A stretch of 54,810 bases of DNA from Candidatus Parcubacteria bacterium (GCA_019661785.1 JAIFWP010000002.1:105059-159868); one strand, 5' to 3'. Shown: positions 23,513 to 32,740, counted from the stretch's first letter. The notes: generated from the sequence alone by a model not told the origin. Numbers and translations are program-made.

Positions 23513-25678
23513 ATGGAACGAGATTATCCCTTAGAGCGAGTACGTAACTTCGGCATCATAGCCCACATTGACGCGGGCAAGACCACTACCTCAGAGAGAG
23601 TGCTCTTTTACACTGGAGCTCAGCATAAGATAGGTGAGGTGCATGAGGGAGAGACCACTACGGACTGGATGGAGCAAGAGCGCGAGAGAGGCATCACCAT
23701 CACGGCCGCTGCTATCACTTGCTTCTGGGCGCCTACATACCTATCAGAGGCTGACAGGAAGGATACTAAGAAGAAGTACCGCTTCAATGTCATCGACACC
23801 CCAGGGCACATCGACTTCACTGTGGAGGTGAAGCGCTCTCTCAGAGTGCTTGACGGAGCCGTAGTCGTCTTCGACGGCGTGGCTGGCGTGGAACCTCAAT
23901 CCGAGACCAACTGGCGCTATGCCGAGGAGGCTCAAGTGCCGCGCGTCTGCTTTATTAACAAACTAGACCGCACAGGAGCTAGCTTCGAGCGTTCGTACGC
24001 CTCAATATTGAACAGGCTCTCGAAGAAGGCTGTTCGCATGCAGATACCTATTGGCGAGGAGGATGCTCACGAGGGTGTTATCGACCTCTTGAAGATGAAG
24101 GCCTACTACTTCGAGGGCAATATGGGTAACCAGGTGGTAGAAAAGGAGATTCCAGAGAACTTGAAGGCCGATGCCGAAAAGTATCGAGGCGAGCTTGTAG
24201 AGCGCATCGTCGAGAACGACGAAGGCCTTATGAACGCTTACCTCGAAGGCAAGGAGGTCTCTCTCGAGGCTCTCAAGGAGACTTTGAGGAAGGCCGTCAT
24301 TGGCAACAAGATTTTCCCTGTCTACACTGGTTCCGCGCTTAAGAACAAGGGAGTCCAGCTCGTACTCGACGCCGTCGTCGATCTCTTGCCATCTCCGCTC
24401 GACATCCCTCCGGTCAAGGGCATTGACCCTAACACTGGTGAGGAAGTGTTGCGCCACGCCTCGGACTCTGAGCCCTTTGCTGCTCTCGCCTTCAAACTCC
24501 AGGCTGACCCATTCGTCGGACAGCTCACCTTCTTCCGTGTGTACTCGGGTACTATCGAGTCGGGTTCTTATATATACAACTCCACAACTGGCAACAAGGA
24601 GCGTCTCGGACGCATCGTCCGCCTCCAGGCCAACCAGCGCGAGGAGGTAAAGAAGGTCTTCGCCGGTGAGATTGCCGCTGCCGTAGGGTTGAAGGAGGCT
24701 AAGACGTCGCACACCTTCTCCGACGAGGACAAGCCAATACTCCTCGACCAGATCATCTTCCCAGAACCAGTTATCTCGCTGCGTATCGAGCCTAAGACCA
24801 AGGCCGACCAGGAGAAGATGGGCATGGCTCTTAAGCGCCTCTCTGACGAGGATCCAACCTTCCGCATCAAGTCGGATACTGACACAGGCGAGACTGTCAT
24901 CATGGGCATGGGTGAGCTTCACCTTGAGATTATCGTCGACCGTATGAAGAGGGAATTTAATGTGGAGGCCAATGTCGGCAAGCCTCAGGTGGCATACAAG
25001 GAGACTATCACTGGTACTGCCGAGGTTGAAAACAAATACATCAAGCAGACAGGAGGCAAGGGTCAGTACGGTCACGTCAAACTCAATATCAAACCGCTTC
25101 CTCAATATGATCCGGAGGAGAAGGTGCCTAAGAACGCTCACCGCGAGGAAGGCTTCGAGTTTATCGACTCTATCAAGGGAGGAGTTATCCCTCAGGAGTT
25201 CATCCCAGCAGTTGAGAAGGGTATACGAGAGGCTATGGACCGAGGTATCCTCGCTGGCTTCAAGATGACAGACATCTCGGCCGAGCTCACCTACGGTTCG
25301 TATCACGACGTCGACTCGTCAGAAATCGCCTACAAGATAGCTGCCTCACAGGCCTTCCAAGACGCTGCTCGTCGTGCCAAGCCAGTTATCCTCGAACCTA
25401 TCATGAAGGTTGAGGTCGTGGTACCAGAGAAGTTCATGGGTGACATCACCGGCAACCTCTCCTCGAAGCGTGCTCAGATAGAGGCCATGGAGGACAGGGG
25501 AGACTTGAAGGTTGTTCGAGCCAAGGTGCCTCTCTCAGAGATGTTCGGCTATGTGACGGCTCTTCGCTCTATGACCGAGGGGCGCGGGTCGTCGACCATG
25601 GAGTTCGACCACTACGCTATCGTGCCTAAGAACGTAGAGCTCGAAATCATCGAGAAGCGCACCGGAGCTAAGGCTTAA
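23513..25678 (+). CDS. fusA: Elongation factor G
   Basis: 721 aa. G1 [10 protein letters not shown]3 DTPGH and G4 NKLD are present, and domains II-V are recognisable. Confidence 0.98.
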   Translation: MERDYPLERVRNFGIIAHIDAGKTTTSERVLFYTGAQHKIGEVHEGETTTDWMEQERERGITITAAAITCFWAPTYLSEADRKDTKKKYRFNVIDTPGHIDFTVEVKRSLRVLDGAVVVFDGVAGVEPQSETNWRYAEEAQVPRVCFINKLDRTGASFERSYASILNRLSKKAVRMQIPIGEEDAHEGVIDLLKMKAYYFEGNMGNQVVEKEIPENLKADAEKYRGELVERIVENDEGLMNAYLEGKEVSLEALKETLRKAVIGNKIFPVYTGSALKNKGVQLVLDAVVDLLPSPLDIPPVKGIDPNTGEEVLRHASDSEPFAALAFKLQADPFVGQLTFFRVYSGTIESGSYIYNSTTGNKERLGRIVRLQANQREEVKKVFAGEIAAAVGLKEAKTSHTFSDEDKPILLDQIIFPEPVISLRIEPKTKADQEKMGMALKRLSDEDPTFRIKSDTDTGETVIMGMGELHLEIIVDRMKREFNVEANVGKPQVAYKETITGTAEVENKYIKQTGGKGQYGHVKLNIKPLPQYDPEEKVPKNAHREEGFEFIDSIKGGVIPQEFIPAVEKGIREAMDRGILAGFKMTDISAELTYGSYHDVDSSEIAYKIAASQAFQDAARRAKPVILEPIMKVEVVVPEKFMGDITGNLSSKRAQIEAMEDRGDLKVVRAKVPLSEMFGYVTALRSMTEGRGSSTMEFDHYAIVPKNVELEIIEKRTGAKA

Positions 25679-25693
25679 TTAAACTAAATATTC

Positions 25694-25725
25694 AAAAAGC
25701 CCCAGGAGACTGGGGCTTTTTGTTT
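25694..25725 (+). terminator. Rho-independent terminator after fusA
   Basis: AAAAAGCCCCAG...CTGGGGCTTTTTGTTT. Confidence 0.8.
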
Positions 25726-25794
25726 ACACTGAGCTTGTCGAAGTGTTTGTGGGTAGGGTAAAGTAGTCCTCAGACCCAAAAGAGGAGCATCACC

Positions 25795-25926
25795 ATGTTC
25801 TTGCGCTACAGCACTCAGGACCCCGTCGAGCCTTCGAAGGCGGAAACCCGCAAGGCTCGCGAGGCTGGAAAGCCTGTACCTGTACCCCCGCCGGCTCCAG
25901 AGCCGACCGCCACCCCCTGTTCATAA
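25795..25926 (+). CDS. Micro-ORF, 43 aa, Pro-rich (MFLRYSTQDPVEPSKAETRKAREAGKPVPVPPPAPEPTATPCS)
   Basis: This ORF is not in the ORF track because it is under 60 aa. SD AGAGGAG lies 7 nt upstream of the ATG, and hairpin CACCCCCTG/CAGGGGGTG overlaps the stop. Confidence 0.4.
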   Translation: MFLRYSTQDPVEPSKAETRKAREAGKPVPVPPPAPEPTATPCS

Positions 25927-25991
25927 CAGGGGGTGTTGCTTTATAAAGCTCTGCAGTAGAATTTATCTAGACCCTTCTACGGAGGAGCACT

Positions 25992-26186
25992 ATGCGCAGA
26001 CTGGCGAGGATGCTCCTTGGTACATTCCTCGAGCGCTTGAAGGCGAAGATTGGCTCAGGCACCTGGAGCGACAGTGGGCGCAGGAATGGGTCTCCCAAGA
26101 TCAAAGTGAAAAGGGGAGGCCGAGTAGAGAAGTATCTGCGCGAGGTAGAGAGAGCCAGACAAGCGTCCGGCCTCAGAACCCCGTGA
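25992..26186 (+). CDS. Small basic hypothetical protein (64 aa)
   Basis: SD GGAGGAG lies 4 nt upstream of the ATG. A 15-bp hairpin terminator at 26179-26220 overlaps the stop. Confidence 0.5.
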   Translation: MRRLARMLLGTFLERLKAKIGSGTWSDSGRRNGSPKIKVKRGGRVEKYLREVERARQASGLRTP

Positions 26187-26220
26187 GATAGCGCTGCGCT
26201 ATCTCACGGGGTTTCCTTGT
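26179..26220 (+). terminator. Rho-independent terminator
   Basis: CCCCGTGAGATAGCG/CGCTATCTCACGGGG followed by TTTCCTTGT. Confidence 0.7.
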
Positions 26221-26225
26221 AAATG

Positions 26226-26254
26226 TTGACTATTCGAGCCCTTATCTGTAATAT
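26226..26254 (+). promoter_or_regulatory. Sigma70-type promoter TTGACT-N17-TAATAT upstream of tuf
   Basis: The hexamers and spacing were read directly. A ~120-nt structured, SD-less leader follows. Confidence 0.6.
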
Positions 26255-26378
26255 TGCCCATTAGCGCTATACCGCTTTTGTTAGCTCTTTGAGAGCCTCT
26301 CAATAAAGGCTAAGTTAAGCGGTTTCTTGCGCTCCCTGGTTTTACTAACTTTAAATCTTAATTTACTAATAAATTACT

Positions 26379-27581
26379 ATGGCAGACACATTCGACCGCT
26401 CAAAGCCGCACGTAAACGTCGGTACTATCGGTCACGTTGACCACGGCAAGACCACTCTCACCGCCTCCATCCTACATGTCCTCGACATGAACAAGGATAA
26501 GGGCTACGGTGCCAAGGTTGAAGCTATCGACCGCATCGACTCAGCTCCTGAAGAGCGAGAGCGCGGTATCACTATCGCCCTCCACCACTCGGAGTACTGG
26601 ACCCCAGCTCGCCACTACGCTCACATCGACGCTCCAGGCCACGCTGACTACATCAAGAACATGATTACCGGTGCCGCTCAGATGGACGGCGCAGTTCTCG
26701 TGGTTGCCGCAACTGATGGTGCTATGCCTCAGACACGCGAGCACGTACTCCTTGCAAAGCAGGTTGGTGTGCCTAAGATAGTTGTGTTCTTGAACAAGTG
26801 CGACATGGTTCCTGATAAGGATCTTATCGACCTCGTTGAAGAGGAAGTTCGCGACCTTCTCTCAAAGAACGGTTTCGATGGTGCTAATACCCCTGTCATC
26901 CGCGGTTCAGGTCTCAAGGCTCTCGAGGCTAAGGACATGAGCGACGAGTATGCACAGAAGGTCTTCGAGCTTGTATCTACTCTCGACACCTACATCCCAA
27001 CTCCTGTTCGTGAAGTTGAGAAGCCATTCCTCATGCCTATCGAGGACATCTTCTCCATTGAAGGACGCGGTACTGTGGTTACCGGACGCATCGAGCGCGG
27101 TACGGTCAAGGTCGGTGAGGAAGTCGATGTTATCGGCCTCCGCGACACTCAGAAGACTACCGTCACTGGTATCGAAATGTTCAACAAGCAGCTCAATGAA
27201 GGTCTCGCGGGCGACAACGCCGGCATCCTTCTCAGAGGTGTTAAGAAAGAGGATCTCTCGCGCGGTCAGGTGATCGCCAAACCAGGGAGCGTTACCCCTC
27301 ACACAGAGTTCACAGCCGAGGTCTACATTCTTAAGAAGGAGGAAGGTGGTCGCCACACTCCGTTCTTCACCGGCTACAAGCCACAGTTCTACATCCGCAC
27401 GACTGACGTTACTGGCGAGGTTACCCTCAATGCTGGTATCGAGATGATCATGCCTGGAGATACAGCAACCTTCAATGTGAAGCTCGTTGCTCCGGTCGCT
27501 CTTGAGGACCAGACACACTTCGCCATAAGGGAGGGAGGCAAGACTGTCGGCGCAGGAGTGGTTACGAAGGTTATAAAGTAA
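26379..27581 (+). CDS. tuf: Elongation factor Tu
   Basis: 400 aa. [17 protein letters not shown] and NKCD are present, and the EF-Tu domain II/III blocks are canonical. Confidence 0.98.
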   Translation: MADTFDRSKPHVNVGTIGHVDHGKTTLTASILHVLDMNKDKGYGAKVEAIDRIDSAPEERERGITIALHHSEYWTPARHYAHIDAPGHADYIKNMITGAAQMDGAVLVVAATDGAMPQTREHVLLAKQVGVPKIVVFLNKCDMVPDKDLIDLVEEEVRDLLSKNGFDGANTPVIRGSGLKALEAKDMSDEYAQKVFELVSTLDTYIPTPVREVEKPFLMPIEDIFSIEGRGTVVTGRIERGTVKVGEEVDVIGLRDTQKTTVTGIEMFNKQLNEGLAGDNAGILLRGVKKEDLSRGQVIAKPGSVTPHTEFTAEVYILKKEEGGRHTPFFTGYKPQFYIRTTDVTGEVTLNAGIEMIMPGDTATFNVKLVAPVALEDQTHFAIREGGKTVGAGVVTKVIK

Positions 27582-27586
27582 ATTAG

Positions 27587-27943
27587 ATGGCCACAAAGCC
27601 CAAAGCTACAAAAAAGGCTGCGGCTACGGCCGAGCCGGTCTCTAAGCTCCGCATTAGAGTGCGAGCCTACGAGTCTAAGATCCTTGATGTCTCAGTCAAA
27701 CAGATTATCGACACTGCTCTCCGCTACGATGCTGAGATACAGGGTCCGATACCTCTGCCTACCGAGATAAAGAAGTACACCGTGAACCGCGCGGCCTTCG
27801 TCTACAAGAACGCCCGAGAGCAGTTCGAGATGCGCATACACAAGCGCCTCATCGATATCGTGAATCCGAACGGCAAGGTCATAGAGGCTCTCACGAACCT
27901 CTCCCTTCCATCCGGCGTCAACATCGACGTAAAGATGATCTAA
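27587..27943 (+). CDS. rpsJ: 30S ribosomal protein S10 (with a short basic N-terminal extension)
   Basis: 118 aa. The LRIRVRAYESKILD...GPIPLPT...HKRLIDI pattern is S10. Confidence 0.95.
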   Translation: MATKPKATKKAAATAEPVSKLRIRVRAYESKILDVSVKQIIDTALRYDAEIQGPIPLPTEIKKYTVNRAAFVYKNAREQFEMRIHKRLIDIVNPNGKVIEALTNLSLPSGVNIDVKMI

Positions 27944-27949
27944 ACAGAG

Positions 27950-28384
27950 ATGAAAAGCATCCTCACCAAGAAAGTGAATATGACGCAAATCTTCGCCGAA
28001 AACGGCGAGGTTTTGCCTGTCACACTTCTTATCTCCGCAGAGGAGCTTGGTGAGGGTACTCTGGTCGAGGGCGATACGGTTTCTGTTACTGGTATCTCGA
28101 AGGGCAAGGGCTTCCAGGGTGTGGTTAAGCGGCACGGCTTCAAGGGAGGTCGACGCAGCCACGGTCAGAAGCATTCTGAGCGCGAGCCAGGATCCATCGG
28201 CGGAGGTGCTCGCGCCGGAGGCCGCGTGGCCAAGGGTATGCGCATGGCCGGCCGCATGGGCGGGGAGAGAGTGACGGTCAAGAATTTGAAGATCGTCAAA
28301 ATCCTTCCTGAGACCAAGGAGATCTTTGTCTCCGGAGCTATACCTGGCCGCCGCGGCACTAAGGTCGAAATCAGAACCAAATAA
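27950..28384 (+). CDS. rplC: 50S ribosomal protein L3 (reduced, 144 aa)
   Basis: KKVNMTQIF..., [13 protein letters not shown] and [15 protein letters not shown] are L3 blocks. About 60 aa of the usual N-terminal barrel region are absent. Confidence 0.9.
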   Translation: MKSILTKKVNMTQIFAENGEVLPVTLLISAEELGEGTLVEGDTVSVTGISKGKGFQGVVKRHGFKGGRRSHGQKHSEREPGSIGGGARAGGRVAKGMRMAGRMGGERVTVKNLKIVKILPETKEIFVSGAIPGRRGTKVEIRTK

Positions 28385-28388
28385 AGAC

Positions 28389-29054
28389 ATGGAAGCGCAA
28401 ATCTACGACATCACAGGCAAGTCATCGAGCAAGGTCAAGCTACCGGAGAACCTCTTCGGCTTGTCTTGGAATGCCGACCTCGTGCACCAGGTCGCTACCT
28501 CGCTCGCTACTAACAAGAGGAAGCCTGTTGCCCACACCAAGGATCGCGGCGAGGTTCGTGGAGGAGGCAAGAAGCCATGGAGGCAGAAGGGTACTGGCCG
28601 TGCTCGACACGGCTCGACTCGCTCGCCTATATGGGTCGGCGGAGGCGTGACTCACGGTCCAAGGAACGAGAAGAACTTCGCCCGCACTGTCTCTAGGAAG
28701 ATGCGCTTGAAGGCTCTCTATGTAATCCTCTCGAGGAAGTACAAGGACGGTGAGGTACTCTTTGTCGACACTTTGGCCATGAAGGAGCCTAAGACCAAGA
28801 TGGCAGTGTCGGCGCTTAAGGGCCTCTCTCAGGTAAAAGGCTTCGAGAAGCTCTCGACCAAGAAGAAGAACGCCGCAGTCATCGCTCTCTCGGCCAAGAG
28901 TGCATCTACTGAGAGAAGCATGCAGAACATCGGCAGCGTCGAGGTCATGGAAATCCGCAACCTAAATCCGCTCACACTTCTAAATCACAAGTTCGTGGTC
29001 ATAGAGAACCCAGCAGAGTCGCTTAAGAACCTACCAGGACATGCCAAAGAATAA
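28389..29054 (+). CDS. rplD: 50S ribosomal protein L4
   Basis: I chose the ATG at 28389 (MEAQIYDITGK...). RGGGKKPWRQKGTGRARHGS is the L4 signature. Confidence 0.94.
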   Translation: MEAQIYDITGKSSSKVKLPENLFGLSWNADLVHQVATSLATNKRKPVAHTKDRGEVRGGGKKPWRQKGTGRARHGSTRSPIWVGGGVTHGPRNEKNFARTVSRKMRLKALYVILSRKYKDGEVLFVDTLAMKEPKTKMAVSALKGLSQVKGFEKLSTKKKNAAVIALSAKSASTERSMQNIGSVEVMEIRNLNPLTLLNHKFVVIENPAESLKNLPGHAKE

Positions 29055-29358
29055 AACCACAACAGAAGCGCTTCCGGTAAAGGCCGTGAAGTCCTCTCTC
29101 ATAAGCCCACGCCTGACTGAGAAGTCGGCTATCCTCTCCGAGTCGCGCGGCGTGTACGCCTTCAACGTCGAGAGAGACGCAACCAAGCGAAGCATTATCG
29201 CTTCTGTGAAGGCAGAGTACAAGGTTACTCCAGAGAGCGTGCGCATGGTGGCTGTGCCGGGGCAGAATGTCATCTTCAAGGGCCACCGTGGCAAGAGGAG
29301 CGCTGGCAAGAAGGCGTATGTATATCTGAAGAAGGGTGATAAGATCGACTTCGCGTAA
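29041..29358 (+). CDS. rplW: 50S ribosomal protein L23
   Basis: 105 aa. The segment PRLTEKS...YAFNVERDATK...KKAYV is L23-like, and the gene sits between rplD and rplB. Confidence 0.92.
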   Translation: MPKNKTTTEALPVKAVKSSLISPRLTEKSAILSESRGVYAFNVERDATKRSIIASVKAEYKVTPESVRMVAVPGQNVIFKGHRGKRSAGKKAYVYLKKGDKIDFA

Positions 29359-29376
29359 AATCAATACAGAACGAAC

Positions 29377-30216
29377 ATGAAACGATACAAGCCAACATCG
29401 AAATCGCGCAGGAACATGACCGGAATCAACTTCCGCGAGTTCGTCACAGCTACTAAGCCGGTGAAGAGCTTAACTAAGGGCTTCCGCCGCGGAGATGGCC
29501 GCAACAACACTGGCCGCATCACCACTCGCCACAAGGGAGGCGGTGCCAAGCGCCGTTACCGAGATATCGACTTCATGTTCGATAAGAAGAACGTGCCATT
29601 TACACTCAAAACTGTCGAGTACGATCCCAACCGATCTGGCTTCATTGGCCTTGTAGCATACAAGGACGGCGAGCGCCGCTACATCCTCCTTTCGAAGACT
29701 ATGCGAGTCGGAGACACTTTTGTAGTCTCGGAGACTGCGCCTCTTACCCACGGCAACAGACTCCCGCTCAAGAATATCCCTGTAGGCACCTTCGTCTACA
29801 ACGTCGAGGTGAAGCCTAATGGCGGCGCCAAGATGGCACGCTCGGGTGGCAGCTATATCGAGGTCTCAGCTAAGGACCAGGGCTATGTTGACCTCAAGAT
29901 GCCATCAAGCGAAGTGCGCAAGGTCCTCGAGACTGCGTGGGCCACTATCGGCGAGGTATCGAATGACGAGAACAGGCTCGTGAACTTGGGTAAGGCCGGA
30001 CGCAGCCGATGGCTCGGTATCCGTCCTACCACTCGCGGTACGGCTATGAACCCGGTAGACCACCCACACGGCGGAGGAGAGGGACGCCAGGGCCGCGGAC
30101 GCAGACGCGCTATATCTATATACGGCAAGCCAACAGGCAAGGGTCAGAAGTCGCGCCGCGCTAAGAAGTACTCCAACAAGTTCATCGTCCGCCGCAGAAA
30201 AGTCGGCAAGAAGTAA
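29377..30216 (+). CDS. rplB: 50S ribosomal protein L2
   Basis: 279 aa. The L2 motifs GRNNTGRITTRHKGGG and MNPVDHPHGGGEG are present. Confidence 0.97.
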   Translation: MKRYKPTSKSRRNMTGINFREFVTATKPVKSLTKGFRRGDGRNNTGRITTRHKGGGAKRRYRDIDFMFDKKNVPFTLKTVEYDPNRSGFIGLVAYKDGERRYILLSKTMRVGDTFVVSETAPLTHGNRLPLKNIPVGTFVYNVEVKPNGGAKMARSGGSYIEVSAKDQGYVDLKMPSSEVRKVLETAWATIGEVSNDENRLVNLGKAGRSRWLGIRPTTRGTAMNPVDHPHGGGEGRQGRGRRRAISIYGKPTGKGQKSRRAKKYSNKFIVRRRKVGKK

Positions 30217-30225
30217 CAAACAAAG

Positions 30226-30250
30226 TCCGCCGTAAGGCGGATTTTTGTTT
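30226..30250 (+). terminator. Rho-independent terminator after rplB
   Basis: TCCGCCGTAAGGCGGA followed by TTTTTGTTT. Confidence 0.7.
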
Positions 30251-30277
30251 GACTTAGAGTGATGATTTCTGTATCAA
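30249..30277 (+). promoter_or_regulatory. Sigma70-type promoter TTGACT-N17-TATCAA for the 30314 ORF; its -35 overlaps the rplB terminator T-tract
   Basis: The hexamers and spacing were read directly. Confidence 0.5.
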
Positions 30278-30313
30278 TAAGTTAGGCATGTCACATCCAC
30301 AGAGGAGGCGCAG

Positions 30314-30694
30314 GTGGCTGAAACGATCATTCCAGGCAATATCCGCAGACGAGTCCGGTACGGAGCAAAACAGCTTGACCGCTTCCAGCCAGGCTGGGTC
30401 GGCAGGGTCGACGTAGACAAGCTCGATGTTTCCGACCGAGAGCGCTGCGTCGCTGGGCAGCTTGTCGGCGACTTCAGCCGCAACTACGATCAGCTCGACA
30501 TCAGCAACAACCCCATCGCCACTGGAATGTTCGTGGAGGGGCCACTCGACTCTCCCGTCGTGCGGAGCGAGTACCGCCTTCTCACCGAGGCATGGAAGAG
30601 GGAAATCGCTGTCCGGAGGGCGAGGATGAGCCATGTGCCCAGATTCTTTTCACGGCTTTTCGGCAGAATGTGGAATACACTTCTGCCGGCTTAA
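30314..30694 (+). CDS. Hypothetical protein (ORFan cassette)
   Basis: 126 aa with a GTG start 5 nt after SD GAGGAGG and a plus-strand terminator at 30701-30734. I preferred it over the equal-length minus-strand ORF 30254-30634, which lacks these signals. Confidence 0.5.
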   Translation: MAETIIPGNIRRRVRYGAKQLDRFQPGWVGRVDVDKLDVSDRERCVAGQLVGDFSRNYDQLDISNNPIATGMFVEGPLDSPVVRSEYRLLTEAWKREIAVRRARMSHVPRFFSRLFGRMWNTLLPA

Positions 30695-30700
30695 ACGCCT

Positions 30701-30734
30701 AGCGCACGCGGAACATCGCGTGCGCTATTTGTTT
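30701..30734 (+). terminator. Rho-independent terminator
   Basis: AGCGCACGCG/CGCGTGCGCT followed by ATTTGTTTG. Confidence 0.7.
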
Positions 30735-30787
30735 GACCGATTCGCATTTCGGGTATTAAATATCAGAAGACGCCTTCCGGAGGGACC

Positions 30788-31003
30788 ATGCCACGCAAAA
30801 GATCTAGAAATGGAACGGGAGGCAGGCGCAAGAAGAAGGAGGAAGTTCCACCTCGTCCGCTGCACTCCTTTTATGTAAATCAGGAGAAGACAGATGTTTG
30901 GAAGGAGTGCAAAAGATTGATGGATGAGCATGACGCCGAAGCCATCAAGAGAAGCCGCGGAGGAAGACCGCGCAAACATGCAGTCGAGGCCCTACTGGAA
31001 TAG
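30788..31003 (+). CDS. Small basic protein with AT-hook-like RGGRPRK motif (ORFan cassette)
   Basis: 71 aa. SD GGAGGG lies 3 nt upstream. The N-terminus PRKRSRNGTGGRRKKK is basic. Terminator hairpin 30987-31018 overlaps the stop. Confidence 0.5.
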   Translation: MPRKRSRNGTGGRRKKKEEVPPRPLHSFYVNQEKTDVWKECKRLMDEHDAEAIKRSRGGRPRKHAVEALLE

Positions 31004-31018
31004 TAGGGCCTTTCGTTT
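30987..31018 (+). terminator. Rho-independent terminator
   Basis: AGGCCCTACT/AGTAGGGCCT followed by TTCGTTTG. Confidence 0.7.
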
Positions 31019-31044
31019 GCAATTTTTATCCAAAAGTGTAAAGT

Positions 31045-31180
31045 GAGCGGCGTAAGGTCAAAGACAGGGGGCGGCGAAAGCCTTAATCACTAAGCCTCCC
31101 GAGACTACTCTCTAACCGCTTTCGGGCGAGTCAGCGACCTTATAAGGTCGATTTTATTTGTCAAAAACACAAACAGACAA
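31045..31180 (+). promoter_or_regulatory. Candidate L10 (rplJ) leader with an attenuator-like hairpin
   Basis: It lies downstream of TTGCAA-N16-TAAAGT (31017-31044). It contains a GGC-GAAA-GCC hairpin and CGACCTT-ATAA-GGTCG followed by ATTTTATTTG, about 20 nt upstream of the rplJ ATG. I could not score the fold. Confidence 0.35.
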
Positions 31181-31666
31181 ATGGCAATTACTAAACAGAA
31201 GAAGGTAGAGATAGTGGACAAGCTGACTAAGGCTCTTAAGGATGCTAAGGCGCTCGTCTTCGTGAACTTCCACGGACTTAAGGTTTCCGACGCCACCGCG
31301 CTCCGCCGCGCTCTGAAGAGCGAGGGTGTGAGCTACCAGGTGACCAAGAAGACTTTGACCAAGCGAGTGCTCGACGCGCAGATGTACGAGGGCGCGAGCC
31401 CAGAGCTCCCTGGCGAGCTCGCTATGGCTTGGGGCGAGGACCTTGTGGCTCCTGCGAGAGGCGTGTACGCCTTCGCTAAGAAGTTCCCTGAGGCGCTCTC
31501 CATCCTTGGAGGAGTCTTCGAGGGCAGGTACATGTCTAAGGCCGAGATGGAGGGTATCGCCACGATACCTGAGACTCCGGTTCTTAGGGGCATGTTCGTG
31601 AACATCATTAACTCTCCGATACAGCGCTTTGCTATCGCTCTTAATGAGGTAGCTAAGAAGAAATAG
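31181..31666 (+). CDS. rplJ: 50S ribosomal protein L10
   Basis: 161 aa. KALVFVNFHGLKVSDATALRRAL...GVSYQVTKKTL is an L10 pattern, and rplL follows. Confidence 0.93.
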   Translation: MAITKQKKVEIVDKLTKALKDAKALVFVNFHGLKVSDATALRRALKSEGVSYQVTKKTLTKRVLDAQMYEGASPELPGELAMAWGEDLVAPARGVYAFAKKFPEALSILGGVFEGRYMSKAEMEGIATIPETPVLRGMFVNIINSPIQRFAIALNEVAKKK

Positions 31667-31685
31667 TAGAAATTAATTAACCAAT

Positions 31686-32048
31686 ATGAACCAAGATCAA
31701 ATCATTGAAGCAGTTGAGAAGCTCTCCGTGCTCGAGCTCAACACTCTCGTCAAGGCAATTGAGGAGAAGTGGGGTGTCTCAGCTACTGCAGTCGCAGCGG
31801 CTGGCCCAGCAGCAGGCGCTCCAGCAGAGGAGGCTAAGGCTACAGCGAACGTCGAGCTCACTGATGGCGGTGCTAACAAGATAGCCGTTATCAAGGTGGT
31901 CAAGGAGGCACTCGCCCTCGGCTTGAAGGAGGCTAAGGACCTCGTCGACGCAGCCCCTTCAATGTTGAAGACCGACATGAAGAAGGAGGAGGCAGAGGCC
32001 CTCAAGAAGAAGGTGGAGGAAGCAGGCGGCAAGGTTACACTTAAATAA
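31686..32048 (+). CDS. rplL: 50S ribosomal protein L7/L12
   Basis: 120 aa. The protein has an Ala-rich hinge, and KIAVIKVVKEALALGLKEAKDLVD...EAGGKVTLK is L12. Confidence 0.96.
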   Translation: MNQDQIIEAVEKLSVLELNTLVKAIEEKWGVSATAVAAAGPAAGAPAEEAKATANVELTDGGANKIAVIKVVKEALALGLKEAKDLVDAAPSMLKTDMKKEEAEALKKKVEEAGGKVTLK

Positions 32049-32069
32049 CTTAACCAGACTGTTTCTACA

Positions 32070-32096
32070 AAAACCCCGCAATTGCGGGGTTTTTGC
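32070..32096 (+). terminator. Rho-independent terminator after rplL
   Basis: AAAACCCCGCAATTGCGGGGTTTTTG. Confidence 0.8.
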
Positions 32097-32100
32097 TAGG

Positions 32101-32688
32101 GTGTACAATACGCCCATGACAAAAGCGGTTGCGCATATATTCGGCTCTGAGGCCAAGGTCAAGGTTATGCGTCTCTTTATATATAACCGGGGGTCGATAT
32201 TCACTACCAAGACCATTATCGAGAGGGTCAAAGAGAGCTCTAAATCGGTAAGAAAGGAGCTTGGAGCCTTAGTGAAGGCCGGGCTCATTAAGAAGCGCGC
32301 CAAGGGCTTCGTACTCGCTGACGACTACCGCTACCTAAGCGCCCTAGAGCACTTTATGACAGACACCTCCAAGGTTTCCGAGAGGGATATTGTGAAGAAG
32401 CTCTCCAAAGCAGGCAATATGCGCCTAGTGCTCACCTCTGGCTTCTTCCGCCATGACCCTGAGGCTAGGGTAGATCTCCTCGTAGTAGGGGATAAGATTA
32501 AACCTAAGAGGCTCATAAGCGCCATAGCCTCTATTGAGGCTGACTTAGGCCGTGAATTGCGCTATGCCGCCTTCGAGACAGTCGACTTCAAGTATCGCCT
32601 AGGGGTATACGACAAGCTCATCCGAGACATCCTAGACTATCCACACCAAAAGCTCATCGACAAAGTAGGGGTTCCGCCTCTGGTATAA
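32101..32688 (+). CDS. Hypothetical protein with an N-terminal winged-helix-like domain
   Basis: 195 aa. The FGSEAKVKVMRLFIYN...SVRKELGALVKAGLIKK pattern resembles MarR/ArsR-type wHTH. The start may be the GTG at 32101 or the ATG at 32116. Confidence 0.55.
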   Translation: MYNTPMTKAVAHIFGSEAKVKVMRLFIYNRGSIFTTKTIIERVKESSKSVRKELGALVKAGLIKKRAKGFVLADDYRYLSALEHFMTDTSKVSERDIVKKLSKAGNMRLVLTSGFFRHDPEARVDLLVVGDKIKPKRLISAIASIEADLGRELRYAAFETVDFKYRLGVYDKLIRDILDYPHQKLIDKVGVPPLV

Positions 32689-32740
32689 TAGGTGGAACCC
32701 AAGTTATTGGGATTATTAGCAAACAGTACTGTACGGATAC

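Noticed and set aside
23821-23833. 13-nt match (TGTGGAGGTGAAG) between fusA and the tmRNA 3' end.
   Set aside because: It lies inside a conserved coding block of EF-G (FTVEVKR). It is most likely a chance match and not an att site.
24002-25306. 434-aa ORF antisense to fusA. Similar long antisense ORFs lie at 26907-27596 (tuf), 27692-28390 (rpsJ/rplC), 14173-14874 and 14688-15257 (recJ), and 52222-53152 (ftsH).
   Set aside because: These are shadow ORFs opposite strongly codon-biased, unambiguous genes. Their translations are low-complexity (L/V/D/E/R-rich) with no start signals.
30254-30634. 126-aa minus-strand ORF mirroring the plus-strand ORF 30314-30694.
   Set aside because: It has no SD or promoter. 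The plus-strand frame has GAGGAGG-N5-GTG, an upstream TTGACT-N17-TATCAA promoter and a downstream plus-strand terminator. The choice remains uncertain without coding statistics.
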